Notes: generated from the letters alone by a model not told the origin. A DNA stretch of 64,000 nt from Chloropicon primus (GCA_023205875.1 CP060757.1:930001-994000), one strand, 5' to 3'; shown: positions 10,198 through 21,476, counted from the first letter of the stretch. Program-made: numbers and translations.

Positions 10198-11122
10198 TTA
10201 CCAGAATCCCATGGAGCTGTAGCCCCCGTCGACGGCAATAATTTGGCCCGTCACGAAGGAGGCGGCCGGCATCGAAAGGAAAGCGATCACGTCCGCGACT
10301 TCCTGTGGTTCGCCTGTTCTTCCCATGGGCGTCCTCTCCAAAACTTCTCTCTTGTAGCTCTCGTTCTTCAAGACCTCGTTGGCCAGGGGCGTGTTGGTGT
10401 ACCTGCAGGGGAAACGACACGCCGAAGGACACCAGCAAGGAATGGAATGGAATGATGTAGGTCAGCACACGCGTGGTCAAGCAAGCAAGGAAGGGATGGA
10501 TGGATTGGATTGAATTGGATGGATGAAATCATGGCTCGTACCAAGGTGCGACGGCGTTGCACCTGATTCCAAGGGGCGCCCACTCGCAAGCCAGTATTTT
10601 TACCAGCTGATTCATGCCCCCCTTGGACATGCCGTACAACGAGCCTGTTTTCATGGTCGTCGGCCCTCCAGCCACCGACGAGTTCATCACGACGCTCGCT
10701 CTCCCGGACTTCTTCAGCAGAGGCAAGCAGAGCTGGCTCACGTGAAAAGTGGATTCGAGGTTGACTGTCATGAGCTTGTGGTAATCGTCCAGAGAGAACT
10801 CCTCGGTCGGTTTCCTGATGTTGATTCCCACGTTGTTCACGAGAACGTCGAGGTGGCCGAAAGTTTCCCCCACCTTCTCCACCAGCGCCTTCCTTTCCTC
10901 TGGACAGGACAGATCGTACGCACCCCCGTGGACTGCGTACCCCTTGGCCCCCCACGTTTCGAGGCGGTCCTCGACGTCACTCTGGTGCCTCGAACACGTG
11001 AACACTTCCGCTCCGAGCGAACCAAACGCGTCTACCGTCGCCTTCCCTATCCCTTTCGTTCCTCCGGTGACCAGGCACCTCATCCCTTTCATCGTGAACG
11101 CACCTCCACCCTCTCTCGCCAT
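10198..11122 (-). CDS. Tropinone reductase-like SDR; 2 exons (11122-10542, 10402-10198)
   Basis: [41 protein letters not shown]. The intron at 10541-10403 restores WYTNTPL...[10 protein letters not shown]...VDGG. Confidence 0.9.
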
Positions 11123-11312
11123 CTTGCCCTCACCGATCGCGATCGTCTCCGTCGTCGCGCTCCCCTCCGTCTGTTTCCTTGCTTCGCTCCCAGAGGGGAA
11201 CGACGATTTCATATTCCATTGAGAGCTCCGTCGTTCGTTCGAGACCGGAGAGGGAGAGGGGACGGGAGACGACGACGAGAGGGAAGGAAGACGAGAGGGA
11301 GTGCGAACGAAG

Positions 11313-12667
11313 ATGCATAACTTAAGGCACAACATCCATAACGTGTACAAGTCTGCCGCGGAGACTTTGTTGCCGGTCAGGTCGTCCTCAGCCTTTAAGG
11401 TAAGAGCAAAAAAAATTTGTCCATGCCAAACTCCCTTCGCTTTTGCCGTGATGAGAATGTCCCAGAGCAATGCCCTCGTGTCCGTGGACTGACCAGTTCC
11501 TTTGACTTTCCGCTCCCCGCTGGGTCTGGACGTGTTGCTCGCGCGCAGGAGAAGGGGGTCCTGACGCCGGAGGAGTTCGTAGCAGCGGGGGACTTCCTCG
11601 TGGGTGCTTGCCCAACGTAAGTCGCTTCACCCTTCTCTCTCTCTCCACATCTCTCTCCACGTCTCTCTCTCCGCATCGCCCTCCACCCTCCTCGCCGTGG
11701 TGCTCCCCGCTGACCCTTTTTCTCTCCTCTTTGGCGGCTTTGAAGCTGGTCGTGGGAAGCTGGTGAGGCAGGCAAGAAGCGTCCGTACCTGCCAGAGGAC
11801 AAGCAGTTCCTCGTGACGAGGAACATCCCGTGCCTGTGCCGCGCCAAGGACCTGCTCCAGGGGAAGATGGACGAGGAGATGGTGGAGCTGCAGGAGGGGC
11901 AGCAGGAGGCGGACGCGTGGGTCGCGACAGGTGGTTCGACGAACACGGAAGACATTGAGAAGATAGCAGACATGAGCCTTGGCGACGACGAGCCAAAGGA
12001 AGCGGAGGCCGGCGAGAGTCAGGGAGGCGGCGAGGCCGAGGCGGCTGTGGAAGGAAAGCAGGAGGACCGGGGGGGCGAGGAGAGCGATTCCGATGACATT
12101 CCGGACATGGAGGACTTCGTGGTGGAGGAGGAAGACGATACGGTGACGATCAACCCGAGGACTGCAGTGAGCAGCTCGGACGCGCAGGAGGACGACAACA
12201 AGATTTTGAAGACCAGGACTTATGACATTTCCGTCACGTACGACAAGTACTACCAGACCCCGAGGTTCTGGCTTATTGGATACGATGAGTCCAGGCAGCT
12301 TTTGAAGCCTGAGCTCGCTTTGGGTGAGTCGCCGGCCTGCTTCGGCCCTTTCCCAGCCATCCCCCTTCGCACTTGACTGACGCCGGCCACCTGGTTTTGC
12401 CCTTCTTGTCTCCTCGCAGAGGACGTGAGCGCGGAGCACGCGGAAAAGACCGTGACGATCGACATGCACCCTCACATCCCCCTCTCCTCCGCGTCGATTC
12501 ACCCGTGCAAGCACGCCCACGTGATGAAGAAGCTGTTGGACAATCTCTCCGAGGGGGACAAAGAGCCCAGCGTGGAGCACTACCTGGTCATCTTCCTCAA
12601 GTTCATCGCCTCCATTGTGCCCACAATAGACTACGACTACACCATGGCGGCAGACATCGGGGGCTGA
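11313..12667 (+). CDS. ATG3: Autophagy E2-like enzyme ATG3; 4 exons (11313-11399, 11549-11616, 11746-12323, 12420-12667)
   Basis: FKEKGVLTPEEFVAAGDFLV..CPTWSW, KQFLVTRNIPC, RTYDISVTYDKYYQTPR, catalytic HPCKHA, FLKFIASIVPTIDYDYT; canonical GT-AG introns. Confidence 0.95.
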
Positions 12668-12906
12668 GCACGCGAGACGCTGCTCCCCTTCCAAAAGAAA
12701 AATAATGCCACGGCCACCCAAATCATTCTTCTCCTGAACCAAGGGAGCACCCTCGTGTCGCCGGCACACAACTTAATGTAATCCTAAACACAACCTTCTT
12801 CTTGTTTGAGTCAGCAAGCAACCTCTCATCCATCGCCTGATCTGATTGTGGCCATTTTTTTGGCGCCAAAGGCCAAGACAGATCGTCTCACTTGTCGCCC
12901 AAGGTG

Positions 12907-14970
12907 ATGGTCGGGATGAAGCCCGCACGAGAGAAGGAGGACCCTTACGACTTCGACACCTTCGTGACCAAGGAGAAGCTGGAGAGAGGGCAGCAGGGGA
13001 CCAAGTCAGCGAAGTTGGGACCGCGGGGGAAGAAAGGGCAGGGAAAGAAGGAGATGGTGGTGATGGACTTGGTGGAGGAGGCGAGGACGGGGAGGGAGGA
13101 GGAGGCGACAACGTCGTACGACGCCAAGGGGGGCGGGGAGCGGAGCTCGGTGGTTGTGGTGATCGAGGACGAGGACAACAAGGACGAAGATCAGGTGACC
13201 ATGCTTCTCGACGAGGTGGAGAGGGTGGTGAAGTCGGAGTCCGAGCTGAACGATCTGGATTCCCTCTTCGCTGAGGATGAGGACGAGGGCGTGGCGACCC
13301 CGGCCCCCTCGCGGGCGGCGCCCGCTGAAGACCCAAAGAGCGGTGGCTCCGAGAAGGTCTCGTCGGAAAAGAAGAGGAAGAGGAGAGTCACGTTCTCCGA
13401 CAAGAGCGAGCTCAAGTTCTACGAGCCTGATGTCCAGCCGAAGCAGGAGGCAGAGAAGAGCGCGGACGCCATAGAGTGGGGGGACGAGGTCGAGTTCGCC
13501 CTCGAGGGTTTGAAGTGCTCGCGGTCCACGAGCGTTGCCCTGCGCTCGGCGCAGCAGCTCGTGGTCCTGTGCTCCTCGGTCACGCAGCACGGGTACCTGA
13601 GGGACGACCCAGATATGAGGGAGAGCTTCCTCGAGGGGGCAGCCAAGACAGCCACGGAGGGGTGCGCGCAGGGAGGCCCCGAGAAGTCGTCGTTCGCCAT
13701 GTTCTCGTCCCTGATTCTGCACAACCTCGTCATCAGCTCGAACTGGCGCCTCCCTGAGAGGCAGGTGGCGCCGTTTCTTGACGTGCTTCACAACCTGCTT
13801 CAGTCTGGGATAAAGAGCCTAGAAGCCAGTTCCACGGGAGGCCAGGAGGGCGAGTGCAAGGTCGTCGCTTGCTACAAGAGGCTCAAGTCAGTTTCAAAGG
13901 CCCTCACCCTAGACAAGAGCCTTCCAACGAGCTGCCAGGAATTGGCCTTGCCTCTCATGATCGCCCTGCTGATTCTGAGCCGAAAGGTCAAGGCCCCGGA
14001 GACCATGGAGGACTCCAGTGAGTACGAGGAGATGAAGGCCCGGCTGGTCGACTCGCAAATTTTGGCGGACCTCATCAGAATCATAGTGCTGTGCCATCCC
14101 AAGGAGGAGGAGGCCCCCCGCGGCGGGGGGAAGGGCAACGACTCGGACCTGACCGGCCAGCAGTTTTGGATCCTGAACCACGCGCTCAAGGTTCTGGGGA
14201 GCGCTACTTTTCTGAACGGGCAAAATGTGAGCTTCATCGAGAACACCAAGTTAGACGACAAGGACGGGGGATCGAAGATGCCCTCATTCCTTCTGAGCAT
14301 GGTGGAGGCTCAGTACAATAGCAAGGTGGTCGGGTTCAGAGAGTGCTTGCACGCGTCTCTGAGTGTTCTGCTCAATCTGACGCACGAGAGCAAGGGGTGC
14401 TGTAAAATACTGAGCGGGTCCACAGATTTTTCTGGCTTGGCCAGAATTGTGTCGGACTATCACTACTCAAAAGACCAGGAGAGATCACTTTCAGACCTGG
14501 TGAACCTTGTTCTAGGGCTGCTGATAAACATGGCGGAGAAGGACGCGGAGTCGAGGACCAAGCTGTGCTCCCTTCCCATGGACCGGTTCTCGGAGCACGA
14601 GGCAGTGGAAATAAAGAGCCTGGACAAGAACTTTGTCGACTTCATATTCGTGGTAGCGAGCTTGGGAGAGCAAGCTCAAGGGCAGGACTTGGAGACGGAC
14701 GCAGAAGTCACGGTTGACATGCTGAACTCTTCGAGTCGGAGTGGTCAAAAGTCCATATGCCAGACCTACTCTGCCATCCTCCTCGCCTTTCTCATCACGG
14801 ATGACGCGGTTTTGCGCAAGGGCATCGCAAGGCTGCTTCCAGGGTTCACACTGAAACCCCTGGTTGATGCAGTGAAATCCTTCCTCGACTTCCTCACTTT
14901 CGCGAACGCGCTGACGGAGAAGCAGGGAGATGTTCTGTCCTCGCTGATCGAGAGCCTGAAATCGTCCTGA
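12907..14970 (+). CDS. WAPL: Wings apart-like cohesin release factor
   Basis: DEVEFALEGL...RSAQQL motif, LKVLGSATFL, LSVLLNLTHES..GC, LVLGLLINMAEKD, YSAILLAFL helical-repeat WAPL domain after an acidic disordered N-terminus. Confidence 0.8.
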   Translation: MVGMKPAREKEDPYDFDTFVTKEKLERGQQGTKSAKLGPRGKKGQGKKEMVVMDLVEEARTGREEEATTSYDAKGGGERSSVVVVIEDEDNKDEDQVTMLLDEVERVVKSESELNDLDSLFAEDEDEGVATPAPSRAAPAEDPKSGGSEKVSSEKKRKRRVTFSDKSELKFYEPDVQPKQEAEKSADAIEWGDEVEFALEGLKCSRSTSVALRSAQQLVVLCSSVTQHGYLRDDPDMRESFLEGAAKTATEGCAQGGPEKSSFAMFSSLILHNLVISSNWRLPERQVAPFLDVLHNLLQSGIKSLEASSTGGQEGECKVVACYKRLKSVSKALTLDKSLPTSCQELALPLMIALLILSRKVKAPETMEDSSEYEEMKARLVDSQILADLIRIIVLCHPKEEEAPRGGGKGNDSDLTGQQFWILNHALKVLGSATFLNGQNVSFIENTKLDDKDGGSKMPSFLLSMVEAQYNSKVVGFRECLHASLSVLLNLTHESKGCCKILSGSTDFSGLARIVSDYHYSKDQERSLSDLVNLVLGLLINMAEKDAESRTKLCSLPMDRFSEHEAVEIKSLDKNFVDFIFVVASLGEQAQGQDLETDAEVTVDMLNSSSRSGQKSICQTYSAILLAFLITDDAVLRKGIARLLPGFTLKPLVDAVKSFLDFLTFANALTEKQGDVLSSLIESLKSS

Positions 14971-15054
14971 GAATAACGTGAGTAGACGCGAAACTTGTGT
15001 GCCATAACAATCAATTCTATAACAATCAATTCTGTTAAGTAAAAAGATAGAAAA

Positions 15055-18000
15055 TCAAGCGCTGGACTCGTTCAAGTCTATGACTTCCCTAGCCCTCTCA
15101 AGCACAGTCTCTGGAATGCCAGCCAGCTTGGCGACATTCACCCCGAAGGAGCTCGGGCAAACCCCCTGGCGAATCTTGTAGAGGAAAGTCACCTCTTTCT
15201 TCTCATCCACCTCGCACGCCATGTGCCACAACATGATGTCCTCGTTCTCCTCTGATGCCAACAAGTGGTAGTGCGTAGAGAAGAGACTGAGGCACCTTTT
15301 GTTGATCAGCCACTTCATGACAGCAGCAGCGAGAGCGATTCCATCGCTGGTTGCGGTACCCCTGCCAAACTCATCCAAGACGACCAAGCTGTGTGGGGTA
15401 GCCTGTTGCAGCATGCTGTTGCACTCCGAGAGTTCCACGTTCCAAGTGGACTGCCCTGTGAAGATCGAGTCCCGAGCACCCATCCGAACAAAGATGGCAT
15501 CCATCGGCGTAAGGGTGCAGCTCTCCGCAGGAACATGAGCCCCGATTTGGGCCAAAATGGTCGCAAGGCAGACTTGCCTCATGATCGTGCTCTTTCCTCC
15601 CATGTTCGGCCCAGTCAGCAACGCGAAGCTTTTGTCCCCGCCAAGGTCGAGATCATTTGGCACAAACCCGTCGCCGCACGATGGGTGGGACAAGGAGGAA
15701 GCCTTGAAGATGCCCTGGTCCGCTTCAACGAAAGTTGGTTGGCACCATCCTTCCGCGACCAGGCTCAGGGAACAGAGGACGTCGACCTTGGCGCAAGCCT
15801 CAACCGCCTTCTGCCAAGTCTCGTGATGCTTGCAGAAACCCACCATCAGTCCCCTCAGATATTCCAGAAGGGTCTTCTCGACCTTCTCCTCAGCGAGGGT
15901 CTTCCTTTGCAAGATTTCCCTGAGCTCTTTGGTCTGGTACCTTCGCACCGCGCCCTTGCCTTTCCTCTGGGAGGTCAGCTCCCAAGAGCGAGGGACATCA
16001 GTTTTCTCTGGGACTTCCATTTCGGAATCTTTCACCCAGTTAATCCCCTTGTACACTTCAGCTTTCTCCCTGTTGAGATAGGCACCCAATTCTTCCTCCA
16101 CCTCCTCCACCCCCTCCAAACTTTGGGTGTACGATGGAAAGTTCCGTGGCGTGACTTGGCCATCGCGCTCTGCCTTGGCCCAGTCGAATTCTGATTTCAA
16201 TTCCTCGAGCATGGTCCAGTCCAAGGAGCCGAAGAGCCTTTTCAGTAGCGGGCTTTCCCAGTCCCTCTCGCTCTTCACGCGCTCAACGAGCTCTTTGAGG
16301 TTATCAAACCCCCTAAGAGTGGCCAAAAAGGCTCTCAGCCTCCGCCTGCAGGAGTCCTCGTACAGAACAACCCCCTCCCTCTCTCGGCCACTTCCGACGC
16401 TGCTCGCCGCCATCCTCGTGAGGCTCCTCTCGAGATCTGGAATGCGGCGCAAGCCAGCTTGGAAGTCATCCGCGACACGAGACTTTCGAAGTTCTTCGAC
16501 TGCTTGTTGCCTCGCCACAATCGAACTGATCTTCTTCAGCGGATGCAGGAGCCATTCTCTCAGCATACGGTGCCCTGGGCCCGATGCGCAATGGTCAAGC
16601 TGAGAGAGGAGGGTCCCGTCCTTTGCGCCCTCGCTATTCTCGACGATCTCCAAGTTTGCCAGAGCTGAAGCGTCCAAACGCGCCCCGACCTCGTCATCTC
16701 CCAAGCACGGGATCCCGTCTTTAGGGAGAACCTCGAATTGACAGACGGGCAGGACTGCCTGATCCAGCATCGCTCTCTGCAGGAAGCACACCATCCCTCC
16801 CAGGGCATGCAGAGCAATCGCGTTCTCTGACTTGTTCGCCTCCATGTCTTGCAGCGTTTGGGGGGTTCGCCCCTCCTCAAAGTAGGGGGTTATCTCCTTG
16901 AGGCCCTGGTCCCCGTTCCAGAACTGCTCCTCGGGGATCAGCTCCGTGAATTTCGTGTTCATCAGGAGCTTTTTCAGCATCCCCCTCGTCTCCTTTTGAA
17001 TCAAGACCTCGTCGCTGTTGTTGGACTCCTTCGGGATGATCACCTCCACGGGATTAATCGCTGTCAGGAAGGTGTTGAGCTTGGACCTGGAGGCGTTGTC
17101 TGACAGCTGCCCGAGAATCATCTTTCCCGTCGTCACGTCCACGGCGGAGACCCCGACTTCGACCCTTGCCCCGCCGTCAAAGCACTCGCTCTCCGCGATA
17201 GAGACCACGTAAGAGCACTCCCTCGTGTTTCTCACCATCTCGTAGTCAAAAAGGGTTCCGGGCGAAAGAACCGCCACCTTCTCCCTGTTGACGACGGTGG
17301 CAACCTTCTGGCCCTTTGCCTTCCTCTTGCGGTTCCTCTCCGCCAGCTGCTCGGGAGTCTCCGTCTGCTCCACCACCACGATCTTGTAGCCCTTCCTCGC
17401 CAGCTTCTCGGCGTTGCCAGCATACGCTTTCTCCGGGAACCCGCAATGTGGCTGCTCCCCCTTCATGTACTGCAAGCCGAGGTGCTCCACTCCGATGTGG
17501 GCGTCCATCTCGTACATCTCGTAGAACTTTCCCATCTTGAACAGAAGGACGGAGTCAAAGTTCTCGGACTTGAACGTCCACCACTGTTGCTGGCCCGGGC
17601 TTATCTTTTGCTGCTTGAACCAGCCCTGGGGGATCTGGAGGGTCGAGGGATCGTACAGGGGGTCGCCCCTCTTCCTCCCGCTCGCGTCCTTGATCTTGTC
17701 GGGCTGCAGGAACTTGAACCTCTGGGCCTCCCTTTCAGAGAAATTCCTCCCCCCTTCCTTGTCGAAATCCGAACCCTCCAGCTTCCCGATCATCTTCGCC
17801 TTCGCCCTCTCGTTCGGAGCACCCTGCCTGACCGTGGGCGTCCCCGTCGCCTTTGGCGGCGACTTGAGGGGCGACACGTCCACGACGGTCTGCTTGCTGT
17901 TCTGGCTCTGAGGGGGGGTCCCAACGCTGCTCGCCACCGTGACGGGTGGTTCAACCTTCTTCGCCTGCATCGCCGGCTTTTTCTTTCGGGGCGACCCCAA

Positions 18001-18675
18001 GGCCTCCTCCTCCTCAAGCGAGTCCTCGTCCTCGTCCTCGTCGTCCGAGGCTTCTTGCCCCCCCTCCCCACAGTAGTCCGAGTCGGACCCCAAGTCCTCC
18101 TCCGACATGCTGACATCCTCGTCGTCCTCGTCGTCCTCGGCGATCAGCGCCATCTTCCTCCTCTTCGAGGCTCTGGTCTTGGTCTTCTCCTCCGCCGCGG
18201 CCTCGTCCTTGAGGAGGCCGTCCTCCAGGAACTCATGCCTCTTCTTGCCGAGGGTGACCCACTCTACGTCCCCGTCGTCGTAGTCCACGCGGACCTTCTC
18301 GCCGGCCTTGTTCGCCGCGGCCACCGTTCCCGTGTACCACTCCCGCTCGCTGGACCACCAGACGCGAATCCTCTTGCCGACGCAGTCCGGGGCCTTGGCC
18401 TCCTCGAGCTCGACCTCAGGCACCGCCTCGACCTTCGCCTCCTCCTCGCCGCAGCTGGGAGGATCGACGGCCTTGGCGGCCTTCGCGACGACGAGAGGCG
18501 ACGGTGACGCCTTCCTCTTCGCCGGCTTGGCCTTCGAACCCGTCTTCGAGCTCAGCCCGATCCCCAGCGAGGGGGACTTGGGCTGAGCTCCTGCCTTGGC
18601 GTGGCTCCCGTCGTTCCTTTTCTCCCGACTCGGCGCCGGGGCGAAGAAGGACGCTATCGTTGGTTGTCCCGCCAT
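15055..18675 (-). CDS. MSH6: DNA mismatch repair protein MSH6
   Basis: N-terminal PIP box QPTIASFF, Tudor domain (VGKRIRVWW...YDDGDVE), YDPSTL, FKMGKFYE, LTGPNMGGKST P-loop, LDEFGRGT, FSTHYH. Confidence 0.95.
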   Translation of the reverse strand: MAGQPTIASFFAPAPSREKRNDGSHAKAGAQPKSPSLGIGLSSKTGSKAKPAKRKASPSPLVVAKAAKAVDPPSCGEEEAKVEAVPEVELEEAKAPDCVGKRIRVWWSSEREWYTGTVAAANKAGEKVRVDYDDGDVEWVTLGKKRHEFLEDGLLKDEAAAEEKTKTRASKRRKMALIAEDDEDDEDVSMSEEDLGSDSDYCGEGGQEASDDEDEDEDSLEEEEALGSPRKKKPAMQAKKVEPPVTVASSVGTPPQSQNSKQTVVDVSPLKSPPKATGTPTVRQGAPNERAKAKMIGKLEGSDFDKEGGRNFSEREAQRFKFLQPDKIKDASGRKRGDPLYDPSTLQIPQGWFKQQKISPGQQQWWTFKSENFDSVLLFKMGKFYEMYEMDAHIGVEHLGLQYMKGEQPHCGFPEKAYAGNAEKLARKGYKIVVVEQTETPEQLAERNRKRKAKGQKVATVVNREKVAVLSPGTLFDYEMVRNTRECSYVVSIAESECFDGGARVEVGVSAVDVTTGKMILGQLSDNASRSKLNTFLTAINPVEVIIPKESNNSDEVLIQKETRGMLKKLLMNTKFTELIPEEQFWNGDQGLKEITPYFEEGRTPQTLQDMEANKSENAIALHALGGMVCFLQRAMLDQAVLPVCQFEVLPKDGIPCLGDDEVGARLDASALANLEIVENSEGAKDGTLLSQLDHCASGPGHRMLREWLLHPLKKISSIVARQQAVEELRKSRVADDFQAGLRRIPDLERSLTRMAASSVGSGREREGVVLYEDSCRRRLRAFLATLRGFDNLKELVERVKSERDWESPLLKRLFGSLDWTMLEELKSEFDWAKAERDGQVTPRNFPSYTQSLEGVEEVEEELGAYLNREKAEVYKGINWVKDSEMEVPEKTDVPRSWELTSQRKGKGAVRRYQTKELREILQRKTLAEEKVEKTLLEYLRGLMVGFCKHHETWQKAVEACAKVDVLCSLSLVAEGWCQPTFVEADQGIFKASSLSHPSCGDGFVPNDLDLGGDKSFALLTGPNMGGKSTIMRQVCLATILAQIGAHVPAESCTLTPMDAIFVRMGARDSIFTGQSTWNVELSECNSMLQQATPHSLVVLDEFGRGTATSDGIALAAAVMKWLINKRCLSLFSTHYHLLASEENEDIMLWHMACEVDEKKEVTFLYKIRQGVCPSSFGVNVAKLAGIPETVLERAREVIDLNESSA

Positions 18676-18920
18676 GCTCTTGCTCCCTGAACCCTCTCCC
18701 TCCTCCCTCCCCGACAACGACTTCCTCCCCTTTCCCCCTATCGTTCCCTAACTCCTCCGTCAAGGGCTTGAACAACGAACAAGGAGCCAAAACTTTTTTG
18801 GCGGGAAGCACGAAGCCTCGACAAAACGAAGAAGAGGAAGAGGCCCACCAGCTCTGAAGTGAAGGGGGATTGTTGTTTGGGAAGTACCTTGGTGTGTGCG
18901 TGTGGGGTGGGGGGTTGGGA

Positions 18921-19330
18921 ATGATGGACGGGGACAACAACAGCGAGGACTTTAGTGACAAGTACTCGATCAGCTTTAATCCAGAGTACTGGGTCAAGTT
19001 CAGGCAAAGGTGAGTTTGGGGAATCCAAACTTCAGCACGTGGCGAGTGCTGAAGACCGAAGTTTGTTTTGTTTTGTTTTGTTTTGTTTTGTTTTTCTGTG
19101 CTGACGCCTCTTGCGTGCGCCTCTTGTTTCAGGAGGGGGAACTGCGACCTAGGGGTGGACGTGTCTCCGACGTCGGAGGACAAGCCGGTGAGGCTGGTGC
19201 TGAAGCCGTACGGGGAGTTCTGGAAGAAGAAGCGGTGGTGGAGCAAGGTGGAGCTGTACCCCTTCGACAGGGACCTCAGGGTGTACACCAGGAAGGTGGA
19301 CTATGGCCCGCTCAACCTGCAGGTGAGAAC

Positions 19331-19376
<46 letters not shown>

Positions 19377-19941
19377 CATCAACGTCGCTCGACTTTTCCT
19401 GTGCTGACGACAAACGACGAACTCTTTTTGGCCACTTACTTTCGCCCGGCTCCAAAAGCTGGTTGCCAACCACAACGTTGGGACCATGAGGAGCGGGATC
19501 CACTGGAGAGTGGGGACTAACTTCCTGCAAGGCGGGTCGAGGCAGAAGCTCAAGTACAACCTGTACAGCGACGACGACTTGCAGGCGGACTTGAATATGC
19601 ACTGGAACGCCGAGATCAGCATGCCGAACATGGAAGGGGGCGTCACTGGGTCTGGCGGTCAGATAGACATCGTGACGGGCCACTGCCACCTGGACGTGCC
19701 CCAGATTGACGCGAAGTTCAGGTTCCACGGAAGGAGGAAGAAGGGGAAAGGACAGGGGAAGACGGAGACGGAGGCGAAGGCGCCAGCCGGTCGTGGAACT
19801 CACATCGTCGAGGACGGCGAGTGGCTGTCGAAGATCGCTTCCCAGTACGACACGACCACCGACAAGCTGAGGCAGCTGAACTCGAAGTCCATTGGAGAGG
19901 GCGACCTCATCTTTCCGGGGCAGAAGCTCGTCATCGAGTAA
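18921..19941 (+). CDS. Uncharacterised beta-strand-rich domain + C-terminal LysM domain; 3 exons (18921-19009, 19133-19322, 19459-19941), 253 aa
   Basis: Two GT-AG introns join the exons in frame (phases 2 and 0). LysM signature HIVEDGEWLSKIASQYDTTTDKLRQLN...IFPGQKLVI. Confidence 0.8.
19334..19374. repeat. (TG)n microsatellite in intron; (GTTTT)n tract at ~19062-19091 in the preceding intron
   Basis: Directly visible perfect dinucleotide repeat. Confidence 0.95.
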
Positions 19942-20014
19942 AGCGCACATATTTTATTACAAACAAACAAACAAAACGCTAAGAATTCTTTTTCATGTCC
20001 ACTGCTGCGTCGGA

Positions 20015-21015
20015 TCAGAGCACGATCGAATCGAAGGGCACGCTCTCGTGGGACTCGAGCGGCCTCAGGAAAGGGTTTGTGATAAATATCGTGTTCGCAT
20101 CGACGGCCGAGTACGTACTTTGCAGCGCAAGCTTGTCGCTCGCCAGGCAGTTGTGCACGAGGTCGCCTATTCCAGCCGGGGTGATCCAACCGTACGCCAT
20201 GTGGCTGTCGGTCAACGTGGGCTTGCCGACCTCGGAGTCGTCCAAGAGGTCGTTCAGGGGGGCGCAGCGAACGATGAGGTGCTCCAGACCTGACCCAGTC
20301 TCCCCAGACCTCGACTGAAGGTATTGCTGAGGAGAGAAAGAGAAAGAAAAAGAGAGAGTGTGAGTGAGAGAAATACCCTAGACGAGTCAGCCGCGGAGGA
20401 TTTTAGCCGAGCGACTCCACTTCTTACCTCCGCCAGGTACTTGTCCGACATGATTGGCTTCATGGTCTCCTTGGCCGGGCCAGGGAGAGCGTCAGAACTC
20501 TCGCCCGCGCCTATGCTGGAGATGAAAACGTAGGTCACGCCCCCCTTCTCCAGTGCGGCGTCGACGAACACCCTGCTCCTCTCGTGGACCGTCCCGCACC
20601 CCCCGTCCGCGTCGATGCACGACACGATCACCCCCGGACTCGTGTTCGCCACCGCCTCGGAACTCGCGTCGTGGAGGTCCACGGGGAGAGCCCCGAGGGC
20701 ATCGGCATACCTCTTAGCCTTCCCGTTCGACCCACCCACCGTCGCCGAGACGTTCCACTCGTCCCCTTGGGCGAGAAACCTCTTGACGACCTCCACACCG
20801 ACCCTCGAGTCCCCCTCCAGGACGAGGACGTTCGAGCTGCCCGACACAGCACGCGTCGTCACGGCGACCCTCCCACCTCCCCCCCGCCCCAGCACCCAGG
20901 CTTCCTGACGGCCGAATCCCCTCCTCGTGCACGAAGCCTCCCCTCCCCTCCCCCCAACCACCAAGGCTTCCCCCCTCCTCAACCGCCAGCTCAAAGTCGC
21001 GCGCGCCACGTTCAT
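20015..21015 (-). CDS. Plastid-targeted atypical SDR / NAD(P)-binding Rossmann-fold protein; 2 exons (21015-20428, 20326-20015)
   Basis: Degenerate cofactor motif VLVLEGDSRVG, FISSIGAGES, K..AE.YL; GTAAG...CAG intron at 20427-20327 in phase 0. Confidence 0.75.
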
Positions 21016-21054
21016 GTTTCCAAGCGTTATCTCTCTCTCTCTTGGTTATTTTGA

Positions 21055-21059
<5 letters not shown>

Positions 21060-21089
<30 letters not shown>
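21060..21089. repeat. (AG)n microsatellite; similar tracts near gene starts or ends at ~7404, 48753, 50221, 50384, 59956, 63368
   Basis: Directly visible. Confidence 0.9.
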
Positions 21090-21092
<3 letters not shown>

Positions 21093-21476
21093 CACAAACA
21101 GTCTCACGCTACCTTTTGGAAGAGTAAGGCTTACGGGCAAGGGCGGACAGAGGGGCGGAGAGGAGACGAGGGGAGGAGACTCGGCCTTGCACCTTCTTCG
21201 ACGATTTGGATTTCCTTTGTCGAGCCAACCCACCTGGCTAGAGCAGTAAGCTCGAAGCGTCGAAGCGTCAAAGGGGTGGGGGTGTAGGATTGAGAATTGT
21301 TGTGAGGGAGGAGCTTGGCCGTGTGATCAGGGCGCCCAGCGTGGCCATGGACAGCAAGGGGGGCGCGAAAGGCCTGGTTGCGACCCAAAGGTGACGCCTT
21401 TGGAGCGAGTTGATACGAAGAGAGGGTCGCTGCAGAGAAATTCGAAGAAGGGCAACCAGAAGGATAGAGAAAAAAG

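Noticed and set aside
10436..10526. GGAAT/GGAT/GGATT short repeats; also (GAGTC)n at ~59165 and (GGACTC)n at ~63527
   Set aside because: These are ordinary microsatellites in introns and UTRs; I found no shared intron sequence suggesting an introner family.
15004..15033. 15-bp direct repeat ATAACAATCAATTCT x2 between WAPL and MSH6
   Set aside because: It is a simple tandem duplication in an AT-rich 3' gap; there is no element between the copies and no terminal repeats to indicate a transposon.
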